Positions 50,811-63,524 are shown, counted from the whole stretch's first letter. The stretch is 63,760 nucleotides of DNA, filler included, from Pelomyxa schiedti (GCA_020536535.1; 8 parts of 8 records of this genome joined end to end with filler, not necessarily neighbours in it), one strand, 5' to 3'. A program made the numbers and translations. The notes: generated by a model from the sequence alone, not told the origin.

Positions 50811-51661
50811 TATATCTTTCTATTGTCTGCTTTTAACTTTCACATTTACACAATCCCAACAGGTGTTAAATTATGTATCCTTTCACTGGCAATTACAGGT
50901 TGTTAATATTAGATATGTACATATTGGCTTGTGATACAGCAAATTTGTGCCATTAACGGAATCAATACTCTCGCAATGATTCTACATTACGTTTTCATTT
51001 ACAGGTTCTCAGCGTACCTACTTCTTTCCTTTATCCTGAATGCGAAATATTTTAGTTCACACCGGAGACAGAATAAGGTGAGACCAAAACCGGAAAAACT
51101 ATACAGGAGTATGTTTTTTCCGCGTTACTGCACAATGTAAGCTTCACGTTGATGCAATTCTCTTTAACATTTTAAACAGGTTGCAGTGTTTCTGGCTTTT
51201 CTTCCCACACTTACTTGGCAATCATTTGAAATGACTGAGTGCTTGCAGAAATGATGGTATTACTTACCGCCAGTGGAACTGATAGCCTACCCGTGGCTCA
51301 TATCCTCGAAGAATTCTTAGCGAGTGCACAGCACGCCAGAACATACACCATTTTGTTTGGGACAAGGGTTCCTCATCATTATGAAAATAACTTCTTCGAA
51401 AAAACTTTTCGCAGTCCCAAAAAGAACAACGGAACTCACAGTTGGGCGAAATCCAACCATTTTTCCCCTTTTCCCCTGAGTGACGACGCCCCATGTGACT
51501 CACAACGTGATCGTGGGGTCTCATGAGCCACTTTTTATACCTCTGCCGAGCCACTGTAAAACAACAACAAAAACAAAGCGAGTAAACGCAACGAAGTAAA
51601 CGCAACAAAGGAAAAAAAAAACCAACTATAACAAGCCAACCAAACAACAACAAACGACGAA

Positions 51662-51795
51662 ATGGTGGGGTGCATATATGCGACGTGCGCGGCGGCAATT
51701 TTGGCAATTGTGGGATACTGGCTGCTGGTGGGCAGGAAGAGGAGGAGGAGTGTTATTCCTGATGGTGATATAAATGGCAAATTGGCTGTGCTTGT
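51662..51795 (+). CDS. N-terminus of a membrane-anchored protein (truncated)
   Basis: ATG, hydrophobic stretch, then GRKRRR. Confidence 0.4.
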
Positions 51796-51895
51796 NNNNN
51801 NNNNNNNNNNNNNNNNNNNNNNNNNNNNNNNNNNNNNNNTTAATTAATTAANNNNNNNNNNNNNNNNNNNNNNNNNNNNNNNNNNNNNNNNNNNN

Positions 51896-52586
51896 CAACT
51901 GTAGCCATATCCATGGCACCATTATCCGTGGTCCTCCACACACACATCAGATAATAACGATTATCATCATGATTTTTGGACGCCAGCACAATCCACCTCT
52001 TGTTGCATGCAGCTGTGTCTGGGGAAACCGGATCAAAAGGGAGTCTCACCGGTTCCATGACTTGTTTGCCGCTGCCATCAACGATGGTCATTATTTTTGG
52101 CGAATATCCTGTAATAGCGACAGCCCTGTCCCCAATAATGAAAGCAGGGTGGTCTGACAGCCAATGGGATACTTGGCACGGCAGAATAATAAGCCCCAGA
52201 GTGTGTGACAAACTGAACAGGACACAGTGGTCTTGTCTGCTGCCCCTGGCAAATGCGTCCACAAGGAAAGACACCAGAACCGCCCTATCTGTCCCGAGCA
52301 CCCACCTCTTTCCAATGCACTCGACAACGATCCACTCTGGCAGCATCGAGACGTAGCAAACTCCAGCGCGTCTGTCGGTGCCGGGAGTGCCCGTTTTCCT
52401 GCGCACCCCGGGCACCACTTCTCTTCGCTCAGCTTCTTGCTGTGACACGAACCTGCGCTCTGTGGCCTGGGACGAAGCCACAGCCAAGAACTGCGAGCGG
52501 GCGAGAATCGGTTCCCCTGCGTGTTGTGCAGGCGAAAACTCCACTGGCGAGCGCTCCATGATGGAAGTTGGCAGTACTTGCATCAT
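51896..52586 (-). CDS. F-box-like expanded family member (3' truncated)
   Basis: ARSQFLAVAS...MLPEWIVVECIGKRWV...LFSLSHTLGLI...ACNKRWIV. Confidence 0.8.
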
Positions 52587-52672
52587 GATGGTTTACCCAC
52601 ACGCAACTTCGAGTTGTTTTTTGGGTTTTGATGAAATCCTGTTCCCCGAAAACCCCCAAATAAAATAAAACA

Positions 52673-53116
52673 ATGGCCAACAACCGGTCCACGTTCGGTG
52701 GCGGGTGGCAGGGGCAACAACAACAAACGGCAAATGGTGCCACCACGGCCAACAACGCAAGCACCTCTTCTGCCGCGGCTACCACGCAGCAACACCCTCT
52801 GACACAACAGCCCCCTGCTGCCTCCGCCACCACGTCGTCGTCGTCCTCCATACAGCCTCCGCCCCCGCAGCACCCTCCGCCACGCCCTCCCCCTCCCTCG
52901 TTCTTCTCCACCTTCGGCTTTTCCTCGCCCTCGGCCGCGTCCGCGTCCACGGCCACCCCCGCCGCTGTGGATCGCAACAACGGAGCCGCCGCCAGCAGCA
53001 GCAGCACGGCGCAGCACGGGGTGACCGTCACGCCGCCGGCGCCCGCCGCGCCCGCCCCGGTGCCCGCGCCGTCCTCCGCGTCGTCCTACTCCACGTCGTC
53101 GTCGTCCCTCTCGTCG
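52673..53116 (+). CDS. Low-complexity N-terminus of a hypothetical protein (truncated)
   Basis: ATG after A-rich leader; Q/A/S/P-rich open frame up to the scaffold end. Confidence 0.5.
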
Positions 53117-53216
53117 NNNNNNNNNNNNNNNNNNNNNNNNNNNNNNNNNNNNNNNNNNNNTTAATTAATTAANNNNNNNNNNNNNNNNNNNNNNNNNNNN
53201 NNNNNNNNNNNNNNNN

Positions 53217-53370
53217 GACCCAAGTCACCTGTTATTGCGGTGCAGTTGCTCAACGCCTCAAGTGCTGTCACGTTGTGGATAAAGTAGTCACCGGGGCACA
53301 CAACGGCACCTGCAAAAAGACTGGAGACTCCAACCAAAGCAATCTGTTCATCTTTTTGGTAAGAAGACAA
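53217..53370 (-). CDS. Secreted receptor L-domain (Ecm33/EGFR-L-like) protein N-terminus, truncated
   Basis: Signal-like IALVGVSSLFAGA then CPGDYFIHNVTALEALSNCTAITGDL. Confidence 0.5.
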
Positions 53371-53685
53371 CCCAACATTGGTTTGTTTGTCGCCATTCTC
53401 ACCAAAAGTCGGACAAGCTTCCACATGATGTGGCTACGATGACTCGTCCCTCTTTGCCTTCAATAATGATTTGAATTCATGAATGTACACGTACGGGGAC
53501 TTCGTCGTCGAGGATGGAAATCAACATCCACGCGCACAGCATCCCCTCCAGAAAAGGGCCAAAGTAAAAAATATTTTTCATTTTATTCAACCGGGATTGC
53601 CTATTTGAATTATTTGTCAAATCCCTTCTGTTCTATGTAGCGGCAACACCAAGTTGGTGGGAAAACATTTTGTGATGAGTGATGA

Positions 53686-53988
53686 TTGATTGACTCAATA
53701 ATTCAAAAAAGTGAACATGTGAGGCATTGTGTTCACGCTGCATACTGGATCCGCGATCCCAAAGGCACAGGGAAAGGAGCCATCGAATGCATCAACTCGT
53801 GGGGAGATAACCAGCGGTTCCTCGGAATCCCAGGAACCACCTACACTAGATTTGACCAGGCCGCACTTCTCTCTCTTGACAGAGTTCATGAGCTTCCACT
53901 GGTGTACCTGGCTTGGAGGCCTGCTGTACCCACAGGACTGTGGGAATCTTGTTTTTGCATCCAAGGTCTCTCTGGCTACTTAACGTAG
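53686..53988 (+). pseudogene. Papain-like cysteine protease C-terminal fragment
   Basis: HCVHAAYW...CINSWG (catalytic His and Asn motifs); upstream frame is broken. Confidence 0.35.
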
Positions 53989-54743
53989 TCTTTAACTCTT
54001 TTTGGCAGTGATGGAATGCTACTGCAGTGTAACTTGTATGTCAAGGAGAATGGCACAGTATCTGGATTCTGTGAAGGAATGGCCAGTCCCCAGAGTGCGA
54101 CCCTAAAATTACGATCCGTCAAGGACTCATATCATTTCGTGGGTGGTCATTAGACACCACTCTGAGCACACATAAAGAGCTTCTTTGGAAGTCTACTATT
54201 GCTGCTATGGTGCAAGGAAACACTCACGATCTCAATGAGGTGTCTCTCTGGGTCCGAACCCAAACCACCAGTGACCTGGGTGGAACGTACATGAGAGGTG
54301 CCACAGGAACTCGCTCCACCCGCAAAATTCATGTGAGTTTTCCGGAATTCCTGCCATTAATAGGTAATGATTTCAAGGTACATGGGAATCAAGTCAAAAG
54401 AAGGCTTCAATTGGGTGGATGGTGGCACCATCACCACAAACAACAGCACGATCTACCACAATGGATGGCTTCTAGACCAGTGTGTCAGCAGCCACAAGCT
54501 TCTGCATTGGACATCCACTATGGAAGCTGTCCGCTTGGGAGAAGAAGTCTTGGTGTGAAAGCTGAACACATGAAACCAATATTTAATGAAGGGCAAAAAA
54601 GGAAGGAACTGAATCTGATTTTTTTTTTTTTGCCTGAGGTGTGCAAGGGCGAGAGGGTGGATGTCAGTCCTTCTGGCATCTGTGGAATTGTTGAGTGTGG
54701 TGAAGATAAAAGGGGAGAGGGGATGTAAATTGGTGGCTCTCAG

Positions 54744-55078
54744 CTACAAAGCCGGCAAGGCACCATCTATTAAAATAATAATAATGGTGAGAGACTGAAA
54801 AACCATGTCGGATCCCCCAAACCAATGCACCCGGTGCCACACAACACCCAGCGTGTGAGACACACCAACAAAGACAACGGCACATGGGTTCCCCCGCGGG
54901 AAGAACTCCCGGCCCTGGACGTGGAACCCGACGTGGCGGCCGCACGCGACAACCCACTTTTGCCCGATCTCCTCGATGTTGACCAGCGCGCTGAGCGCGG
55001 CAGAGAGCAGCCGTGCGGGCGGCGTCGCGGCCGCGACTGCGGGGGTGGCCCCGCATGCCAATGCAATGAATTGTGATC
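54744..55078 (-). pseudogene. F-box-like expanded family fragment
   Basis: SQFIALACG...EEIGQKWVV...FVGVSHTLGVV, followed by an early stop. Confidence 0.6.
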
Positions 55079-56279
55079 NNNNNNNNNNNNNNNNNNNNNN
55101 NNNNNNNNNNNNNNNNNNNNNNTTAATTAATTAANNNNNNNNNNNNNNNNNNNNNNNNNNNNNNNNNNNNNNNNNNNNGGGGCCACAACCCCGAGGACTG
55201 TGATACGGGTATCAGTATCAGCTGTTGTGTGCAACATATCTTGTGCACTCGTCATATTACAATCAATGATCCTGTGGTTGTGTTAACCACAAGGAGCAAG
55301 TAAAGTGTTTTTTGTGAACCATTCGAATGGTTCTTACTTCCACGAAAGTGATCTCACTCAGAGGGTTCGATTGACAACCATCTCAATAGCAGGCCAGGGT
55401 TTTCAGCTCTGAGGGATGTGGGATGTGTAATCTGTCGGTCCAAAAGGCGGAAAAAATGGATCTGGGCGCCGTAAGTCACAGATTTGTCATCAAAACAATC
55501 GAAAATTGATGAGGGAGGCATCAAACCATTAACCATTTCTTCAGAACAAAAAACGCCTGGGAACCCGACAAAAGGGCCTTATCGACGTTGTCAAGGCACC
55601 TGTCGGACCCGTCGCACGCGGGGACCCTCGTCGAGCCCCGTATTGTTATTCTCACTTTTATACGGCCATCACAAAAACCGCACCGGCATTCGGAATGGTC
55701 GGGCCTGGAGCCTGGGGCTTCACTTGCCTCCCCATTATGGGTCCGCCGCCTTATGCTTGGTATTTTTGTTCTTGGTTAAAATCACAAATAAAAAAAAACC
55801 ACACACACACACAACGACTGCAGTACTTCAAGGTATTTTTTTTTTTTTTTTTTTTACATTTTTTTTCCTTACATACTCTCTCACGACGCAGAATTTTGAG
55901 ACTTGCAACTACTTTTTGACCAAGCTTGGTTTGTTTTCTTCTTGCTTTCACTTCTTTTCTCGTCGAACAAGTGCTCGCGGCATAAATGAAATTGAAACTA
56001 CTCGATTACTTGACTCTTCACTTGAGCTTGACTTTACTCAAAAGCCTTGCCGGGTATCATCCACTCACCACAGCACTGCACTAACCTGAGCCCCATAATT
56101 TTCCAGATACCGCTGAGTTGTTAAACGTGTCAATCCGATTCCGATCCGAGCATGTAGAGCCGAGAAAATTCAACAATAGGAAATATGCTCCCCAACCGGC
56201 CGATGTACATCACCGGTATTATCAAACCTAACTTTCCCCCAATTTTAACACATTCACAACAAAACAAGCCGGAAATCAC

Positions 56280-56375
56280 CGCGTCCAATGTTCCAGCATC
56301 ATGGACATGCCAATCTGCGACCTACAACGCAAAGTACGCATGTACTTGCAACTGCGGAGCTCCGTACACTGGTAT
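56280..56375 (+). pseudogene. Isolated VPxxWTCxxxxYxxxxxCxCxCGA cysteine-repeat fragment
   Basis: SNVPASWTCQSATYNAKYACTCNCGAP; no supporting larger gene visible. Confidence 0.35.
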
Positions 56376-56589
56376 TGATTTCAAATTCCTTCATTCCCAT
56401 TAAACACATACTGCAGTAACCCAGCGAGCAGATGCTTAATTTTTGGTTGCTCAGAAGAACAATCCATCACCTCAGACCCCACAACCGACTGGTCAAAACG
56501 CACTCTGTAGTGTTGCTCAGGCCACCAGTAAAAATGCACAAGAATCCCTGGGTGCTCCAATCCCACACAACTGAGTGAAAAAAACAATT

Positions 56590-57155
56590 TTAAACAAAAC
56601 TCCTTCTCAGGAGGTCAGGGATTGAGAACAAAGTTCCCCCAGTGCTGGATGTTGTAAGCATGGTCATTAAAGTGTGGAATCCCACAGGGTTGATCTTCAA
56701 CTCTGCTAATGGGGTGTGCAGCTCCTTTTTCAGAAGGAAATCTGATTGACTTGGCAAAAGCCAATACCCTACAGCCACAGTGACCACCAATCTCGCAAGA
56801 GAAACAGCAGTGCTGGACAACACCCCGCGTTGGTGATACCCTCACAAACAGATAGTCATGACTATCTGTTTCACCCCTATTAGGTTGCAACCGGAACAGA
56901 ACATTCCTTTCAGCCCTGAGCACCCACTCCTCAGCCAACATTTTCACCAGTGCTGGGGACTGGGCCCAGAGCACAACAGCAGGCGTAGCCTCTGATTTCC
57001 CAGTTCTCTTCACCCTCCTGGCACAGCAGAGAGCCATCATTTGGGACTTGGCTGTTGTCAATCCCTCAGTTATTGTTGTTGTTACCCGTTCCAGGTCTCT
57101 GGCCTCAACAAAGGAGGGGCCATCATCATCGTCAGTCTCAAAGGGTTCCATTACA
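56590..57155 (-). pseudogene. F-box-like expanded family member, frameshifted
   Basis: AKSQMMALCCA...KMLAEEWVL...LFVRVSPTRGVV, then the coding-like sequence switches frame. Confidence 0.55.
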
Positions 57156-57926
57156 ATTTTCAAGTGAATGTAGTCCCACAGTTCTTGCAGGCCAGCTCCA
57201 GTATGCACACTGATGTAACTGCAGTAGTGGTTGGTGGATGTGGAACCATTCTGTATTTTTTGAAATGACGCACAATACTTTGTAGATTCCTCGATCAAAA
57301 AGAGCCTAAAGCTATTTGAGAATTCATTACGTGAAGAGGGACAACTTGAAGATTTGGGGGAATGTGTGGCACAAGGTCATTTTTATTTCCAACAAAGATG
57401 AGCTCAGAGTCAGGTGGAGAAAACCTGAAGTCGAAGGTTGCACTTGAATAGTAAGGTTTGGAATCAACCAGCGCTCAAATTCTCCTATCCATAGCACCAA
57501 GTTCTCACCAGTATTGCTCACATCAAAGAAGAGAAGCCCAAATTTGGCCTTCTTGAAAGGGTCAAGCCCTGTTCAAACTTAGTTAGGAGAGGGTGTTGTG
57601 TCTACCATCTGGCCTGTCAGAAAAGCGACGGACGTCCTTCTATATTTATTGTTATGCTTTTGGCATCAGTGGCAGGGAGCTACCAATATTGTCTTGTTTT
57701 CACCCTGTGGCTGCACTTAAAATTCAGAAAGAATTACGGAATTATATACCGAAAATCGGCTACAAAATGATTTTACCCCGACTCCCGGGTCTGCGAATGA
57801 AGTAGTTTATGCATAAACAAACAACAGGGAAGAACGAACCCCCAAAGACACAGATTCTGGTGACATGGTGCTTTTTCACATCCAACGCCTGTTCAACACT
57901 CGTAGCTGTTTGGTTTTTCATGCTTT

Positions 57927-58041
57927 AGAGTTTCGGCAAAGAAAAGGAGGAGAGAACGGGGCGTGCGACGTGCGTGCCTAGAGTGACCCAGCAGACACCA
58001 CGAGGAGAGTTTCGGCAAAGAAAAGGAGGAGAGAACGGGGC
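57927..58041. repeat. 36-bp perfect direct repeat pair with a 43-bp spacer
   Basis: AGAGTTTCGGCAAAGAAAAGGAGGAGAGAACGGGGC at 57927-57962 and 58006-58041. Confidence 0.9.
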
Positions 58042-59525
58042 ACAACCAATGGTTGGCGGGGCCACCCACAATCCCGGTATCGTCGTTTGTGGCACCGCGC
58101 GAAATGGTCTATTTCCCATTCCTCGATTGCCGACTTACTTGTAGGAAGGAAGTGCTCCATCAAATCAGCATCATGGTGATTGGGACCAAAACTTCCCGTT
58201 CAGAAGGTAGTAAGTATCCAGAAATCCTCTGAAGATTCCACATTGGGCATGCATTGCATGGCCAGATGAAACCTGACTGTGGTTCAGGGCAACGCTGATG
58301 TTTCTGTACCCAGGAAACAACATTTTTTTGTTTTCGTTATTTTTCACAACTCCTTGAGTACAAAACGGATTTTGTATTGTGGTGCTGACTGCCACCCAAA
58401 GTTGGAATCAGGCCCAGCAGAACAAGGCGGCCACGAGCACCCGTCATTAGTTACCTTGCACCACACATTGGCGTTGTCATACCCAGTGACAGTGCACCTC
58501 CAGCCACATGCCGCCGTGTGCACGTCATCGCACAGGAACCNNNNNNNNNNNNNNNNNNNNNNNNNNNNNNNNNNNNNNNNNNNNTTAATTAATTAANNNN
58601 NNNNNNNNNNNNNNNNNNNNNNNNNNNNNNNNNNNNNNNNCCTAGCCACCACAAGATGGTCAATACAATTGACCATTGGGCGGCATAGAGCTCACAGATA
58701 CTCAGAACCCATAAGTGACACATAGCTTGTGAACTTGGCCATGGGATAAGTTCTCTGGATACGTGCACTCGTTAATGTCGTGTTGAAACTTATCCATCGA
58801 AAGCAGTTGCTGCCGTGACGGAGAAGCCAGTGCCTTTTTGGTTTTGGGTTAAATTAGATTGTGAGTTTGTGATTCTTTTTGGAGTGCTTTTGTTGGTTGG
58901 TTACCTTGTCATCCACTTCATTACAGAGACATCTGAAGTCAAATATCTTTGTTGGTGGTTGGTTCTGGAGGAAAATGCTTTACCGGTAGTAATACCTTTT
59001 GTTTCCCCTTAGCGTCAAAATATGAAATTACAAAGCACCATTTGTGGAATCTACATGTGCGGGAGAGCCTAGAGGAAGATATTACGAAATGCAGTACAAT
59101 GAGAATTTTGAATAAACACTTACATGCTGAGGTATTTCAAACGTTGTTCAGCTGTATAATGGTTAATTGTGCTTTTTTTTTTGATGATTTTCAGTTTTAC
59201 CAACAACGAGATGAACTGGATCGTGCCGGAAATCCCCAAACCACTGTTCCAGGGAACAATCTTTAGCACCTCCTGGAGTGGATGCGCAACAGGAACATTT
59301 TTTCTTGCAGGCTGCTGTGATAGTGCCCACCAATTCAGAAATAGTCCGGTGCACAAAGTTGACTACAGTACAGCAGAGGTGCCAGAAGAATTTCAGCACA
59401 CCCAAGACACCCTTGGTAACTTTGTTATTTGAGGGAGGATTGTTTTTATTCCGCCAGCCCCATGCATTCAAAAGTTGTATGCCCGCTGTTAACACAAGGT
59501 GAGTTCAAGTCAAACGTGGGGTTTG

Positions 59526-60765
59526 TCATTGACCAAAAAGGCTGGCAATTCCAAGGAGAGCAGAAATGCTTGTAAAAAGCGTGGCAATACTGGCGTGTTG
59601 CCTTTGGATGTCAATCGCAGTCGGTGTAACCAAGAGATTCAGTGTGAGCAAGCTGTCATTCCGGTGGCGTGGTTCATAGTGATCCTCTTGGTCTAATGGA
59701 AAGTGTAAACTCGAAGGCATTAAGGAATGGCTTGCGGAAACGCACCATAAATCTTCCAGAGAGTAGAAAGATGGTCCTCCGGCTTCCCAGTAAATAAGGA
59801 GGCAATCCAACTCAAAGGATAAAGACGATTTGAATCAGTTACCCGGTAGTGTTGTACAGAATAATCGAGGCTGAGAAGTTCCCCATTTACTTATTGTTTT
59901 TTAAGCATGATTCATAATTTGGAAATAGCATACATGCACTCGAAAATCCACTCCACTTGATGTCAGGAGCGTATTGGATGTCACATGCCTTGGACCACTG
60001 GCTAGAAAAAATACAGTATGAAGTATTCACTGCCCACTGAACTTGGCTATAAAGTAGGGATTCAGCTACATTTGAAACATTTACAGTCGGTTTCAAAAAG
60101 AATTCCACTCGAGAGAAGCTGTAAATAAGAAGTTTTTTAAGTTTATCTCGGAATCATAAGTAGGGTAGTCTACGTGAATTCTTTTGCTCCAAAATATCCA
60201 GTGAATTCCATGCAATCTGAATAGGTTATATTAGATACAGCCGATTGGACATTGGATTCAAACCGTTAGGAGGGCAAACGTAGTTGGAATCATAAAAATT
60301 GCACGGAACCCCGGCACCACAACTTCGGGAGAAACTGAGAGATAGTTAGTGAGTGTGTGAAGAAAGGGAAGCAAAGGACCTGGCAGAGCGGTTCCCATTG
60401 GGTATTGTCACCATTGAAAATACAGCAGTGACGTATGTTGGTTCCAAATCATTTTCCACTCGAACCCCATATCTCGGAAAGCTATTCTCTAAGGGGTCAA
60501 TGAAAGCATAGTCACCCTCCTCTTCCACTTCCATCTTTTTTTTTCGGGTCATCTTCACAAGGACTGAATAAGAACAACATACTTGATTCACAATGACTTC
60601 GTGATTCGTGCACCAAAATACGCACGTGCAAGGAATAGCAATAATCAGAATGAGTAACAGTACCGAAAGTAATACACCACCAAGTTTCGTCACATAAAGT
60701 TCGTTTGCATCCTCTGACTGATGCGTCCTTGTGTCATAAGCCCCCCTAATGCACGGAATAAGCAC
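59526..60765 (-). CDS. Putative two-TM protein with a Cys-containing extracellular loop (spliced or decaying)
   Basis: TM1 GGVLLSVLLLILIIAIP; loop with Cys and N-glycosylation sequons; TM2-like SIATLFTSISALLGIASLF. Confidence 0.35.
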
Positions 60766-61432
60766 TTGATCACAAATAATAATACTAAGCGGTACATTAA
60801 TAAGANNNNNNNNNNNNNNNNNNNNNNNNNNNNNNNNNNNNNNNNNNNNTTAATTAATTAANNNNNNNNNNNNNNNNNNNNNNNNNNNNNNNNNNNNNNN
60901 NNNNNGTGGGACGGAGACACGATCGCGGGTTCGACGAAGTTTTCCCACACGACTCGCGACACCGTCATCACCCACCGGGCGTCATTGTCCCGTTCCTGAC
61001 CTCCAAGCCCACACATGTTGTTATTATGGAATGTTGCGTCCAGTGGTTGCAGCCTCGCCATCAAGTTCTGTGAGGAGTGATGGTCGAGGATTAAGGGAAT
61101 CTCGGTCTGACGATTCGGGTGAAAAGTTTGAGTTGCATGCAGACAAATGCTCAGTACAACACCTGGTTCCAAAGTGTCCGCACCTTCCCCAATTTGGATG
61201 GATTGGGGAGATTTGGTGCTAGCACCTCGTTACTGCAGCCAATTCGTCGAGTCGAATCCAATTCTGTCTTCGAAAATTAAATAGGTTGCGTCGGGCAATT
61301 GTGTCAAGTAAGCAATAATTATCTAAATCAAAAAAAACATAAAACAAGCCTACAACACCGCGGATCTGCGACTCATGCCATATCGCCTTGTTATTGCCAT
61401 CTCAGAGATCGAGGAGTTAGGTACGTGTCACA

Positions 61433-61746
61433 GTGTTGAAGGCCTGAGGCGAAACGCCGCGACTGGCTCCGTCGAGCGCATCGACAGGAGCATCCTCCTG
61501 TGCGCCGAAGGATGCATTCTTCCCCGCATCGGGCAAAGTATTGGGGTTGTGGACGCGTTCACGCAAACGAGATCAGAATACAATTTTAAAGATCTTCTTA
61601 CTCGGTGATCGTGCTGGTGAACCCGTCGACAACCCCAATACTTTGCCCGATGCGGGGAAGAATGCATCCTTCGGCGCACAGGAGGATGCTCCTGTCGATG
61701 CGCTCGACGGAGCCAGTCACGGCGTTTCGCCTCAGGCCTTCAACAC
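61433..61746. repeat. Long inverted repeat (130-bp arms, 3 mismatches, 54-nt loop)
   Basis: 61433-61562 is the reverse complement of 61617-61746. Confidence 0.92.
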
Positions 61747-62280
61747 CACTATCGACGTTCTGGTTGTTGAGAAGTATGACGTTCTTCCAAGGCGGTATAC
61801 TTTCCCAGGAGTAACCGAGTTGGTCATGAGGCCCTTGCCCAAACATCACAAGGCCGAAGTGATGTTAGTATTGCATTCTTATTATTAGTGTTTTTTGTAG
61901 TATCCATATACCGTTTTCTCCCTCAACTTAAACTAAGTTACAAAAATGACAGGGTACCGGCTCCACTGAAGCCTTGTCCTCCAAGGAGTACATCCATCCT
62001 GCCTCTCTTGGGACTGTCTAAAACTACTCCCAGTGAAGGAACAAATACTGAAGCAATTGATGAGAATTGTAAACATGGGATTCAGCAGCCCCTCACTGGC
62101 CCTATGTTGTCTACTCCCACTCTACTACATCCACTTGCCCCCTCTCTCTTGAAGGAGGAGGGTATAGTAGAGCTCCTCCTACTCCTGTAGTTACTGGTAT
62201 CTATCTACTCTACAATGCAACACTAACAACATCAACAAAAAAAGGTGTAGTAAACTTGGGGAGTTTTACCAAGTGCCACC

Positions 62281-63180
62281 GTGAGGGTGCTCGTGAAGTA
62301 TACGTGTGTGCCATTTATGGATGTTTCGATGGTAGGATGCTTGCCCGTGGCAGTGAGGTTTGTTGTTACAGTTGTAGTTTTTTTTCTTAAAAATGATCAG
62401 GGGGAGGAAGGAATCATTACAGTGAATGGTGCCGAAAGGAAAAAACACCCCCCTGGCGTCTACCAATTAACTGGGGTATTCTCGACGCACCTGAGGTCCT
62501 CACGTTCATGGCTGGTGCAGGCCTTGGGGGCCAGCTATCGTCCGGAAATGAAGAGTCCCTACCCCGAAGGGCTGCCCCACAGGGCGTTGTCCCCAGAGAA
62601 TCTCGTAGAGCAGCACGACGCCGCTTTACGAGTAAGGGGGGTTGAATTTGTGGGTATGCTTTCATTCATTCTCCCTCGTGCTTTTTCCTCTCTTTTAATG
62701 ATAATAACATGTCCCCAGATTGGACTGCTGCTGTAGTGGAGCATATCCGCGACACGGTCTGCTTGTACTCGGTGATCTTTGGTGTTCGTCCAGAGGATGA
62801 ACGCATCGTGTATTTCAATCTGAATACGCTCAACCACTTCAAGGGCTGCGCGAAAGGTGGCACTGTACAGCTTAAGGCCGGTGACATTATCTTAGCACAT
62901 GGAGCATCAATAGGAAAACATCCACATACACAAAGCAGATCGGGAGGTAGATAGAAACCACTCACAAACAATCTGAATGAAACCCAAACTCTAATCTCTA
63001 CACAGTTGTGCCCTTCTCTGCTGTGGACGACACCTCAGTTGCCGTGCTGAATCCAGGGGCCCCCACCAACCGCCAAGCCGAATTCACTGAGTTGTGGGCG
63101 CAGCTGAGACAAGCAGCCATATATTTGCACACCCAATCCCCCTGCTGTGCAGGCTCACAGTGCTGGTAATTGCAGTCTCC
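62281..63180 (+). CDS. Hypothetical spliced protein or fragment
   Basis: Exon-like ORFs 62281-62654 and 62720-62946 joined by a GT-AG intron. Confidence 0.35.
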
Positions 63181-63408
63181 GTTTTGTTAAGAACCTAACT
63201 AACAAACTCACAAAAAAAATTCATTTTTTTGGATTTTTGGTTGCTGGTGAATGATTGTTTAAAGAAGCTGCACACTGTTGGGTCCCTTGGTGCAAAAATC
63301 GGACTTGAGCTTGAGCAGGACCTGTTTGGTGTTAGGGAGATATTTCCAATTCCCACTTTTTTTCAGTCTGTTTTCTTGGCCTTTTTGGCACCAGTGAATC
63401 ACCAACAG

Positions 63409-63524
63409 TTTCTTGGAAGCCAAAGCACGCATTTTTGTTCGCGGGATCCTTCAGTTTTATTCGTGGTTATAACTCTAAGGTAATGGATCCCACAAACAAA
63501 AATGCGTGCTGTGGCACTCCAGAA
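63409..63524. repeat. ~40-bp imperfect inverted repeat (hairpin or MITE-like)
   Basis: AGCACGCATTTTTGTTCGCGGGATCC ... GGATCCCACAAACAAAAATGCGTGCT with a ~35-nt loop. Confidence 0.8.

Noticed and set aside
57927-58041. 36-bp repeats with a 43-bp spacer resembling a CRISPR unit
   Set aside because: Only two repeats, non-palindromic and purine-rich, no cas genes, eukaryotic context; a simple local duplication is more likely.
61541-61888. LKIFLLGD resembling a small-GTPase P-loop start
   Set aside because: No GxGKS/T, DxxG or NKxD motifs follow.
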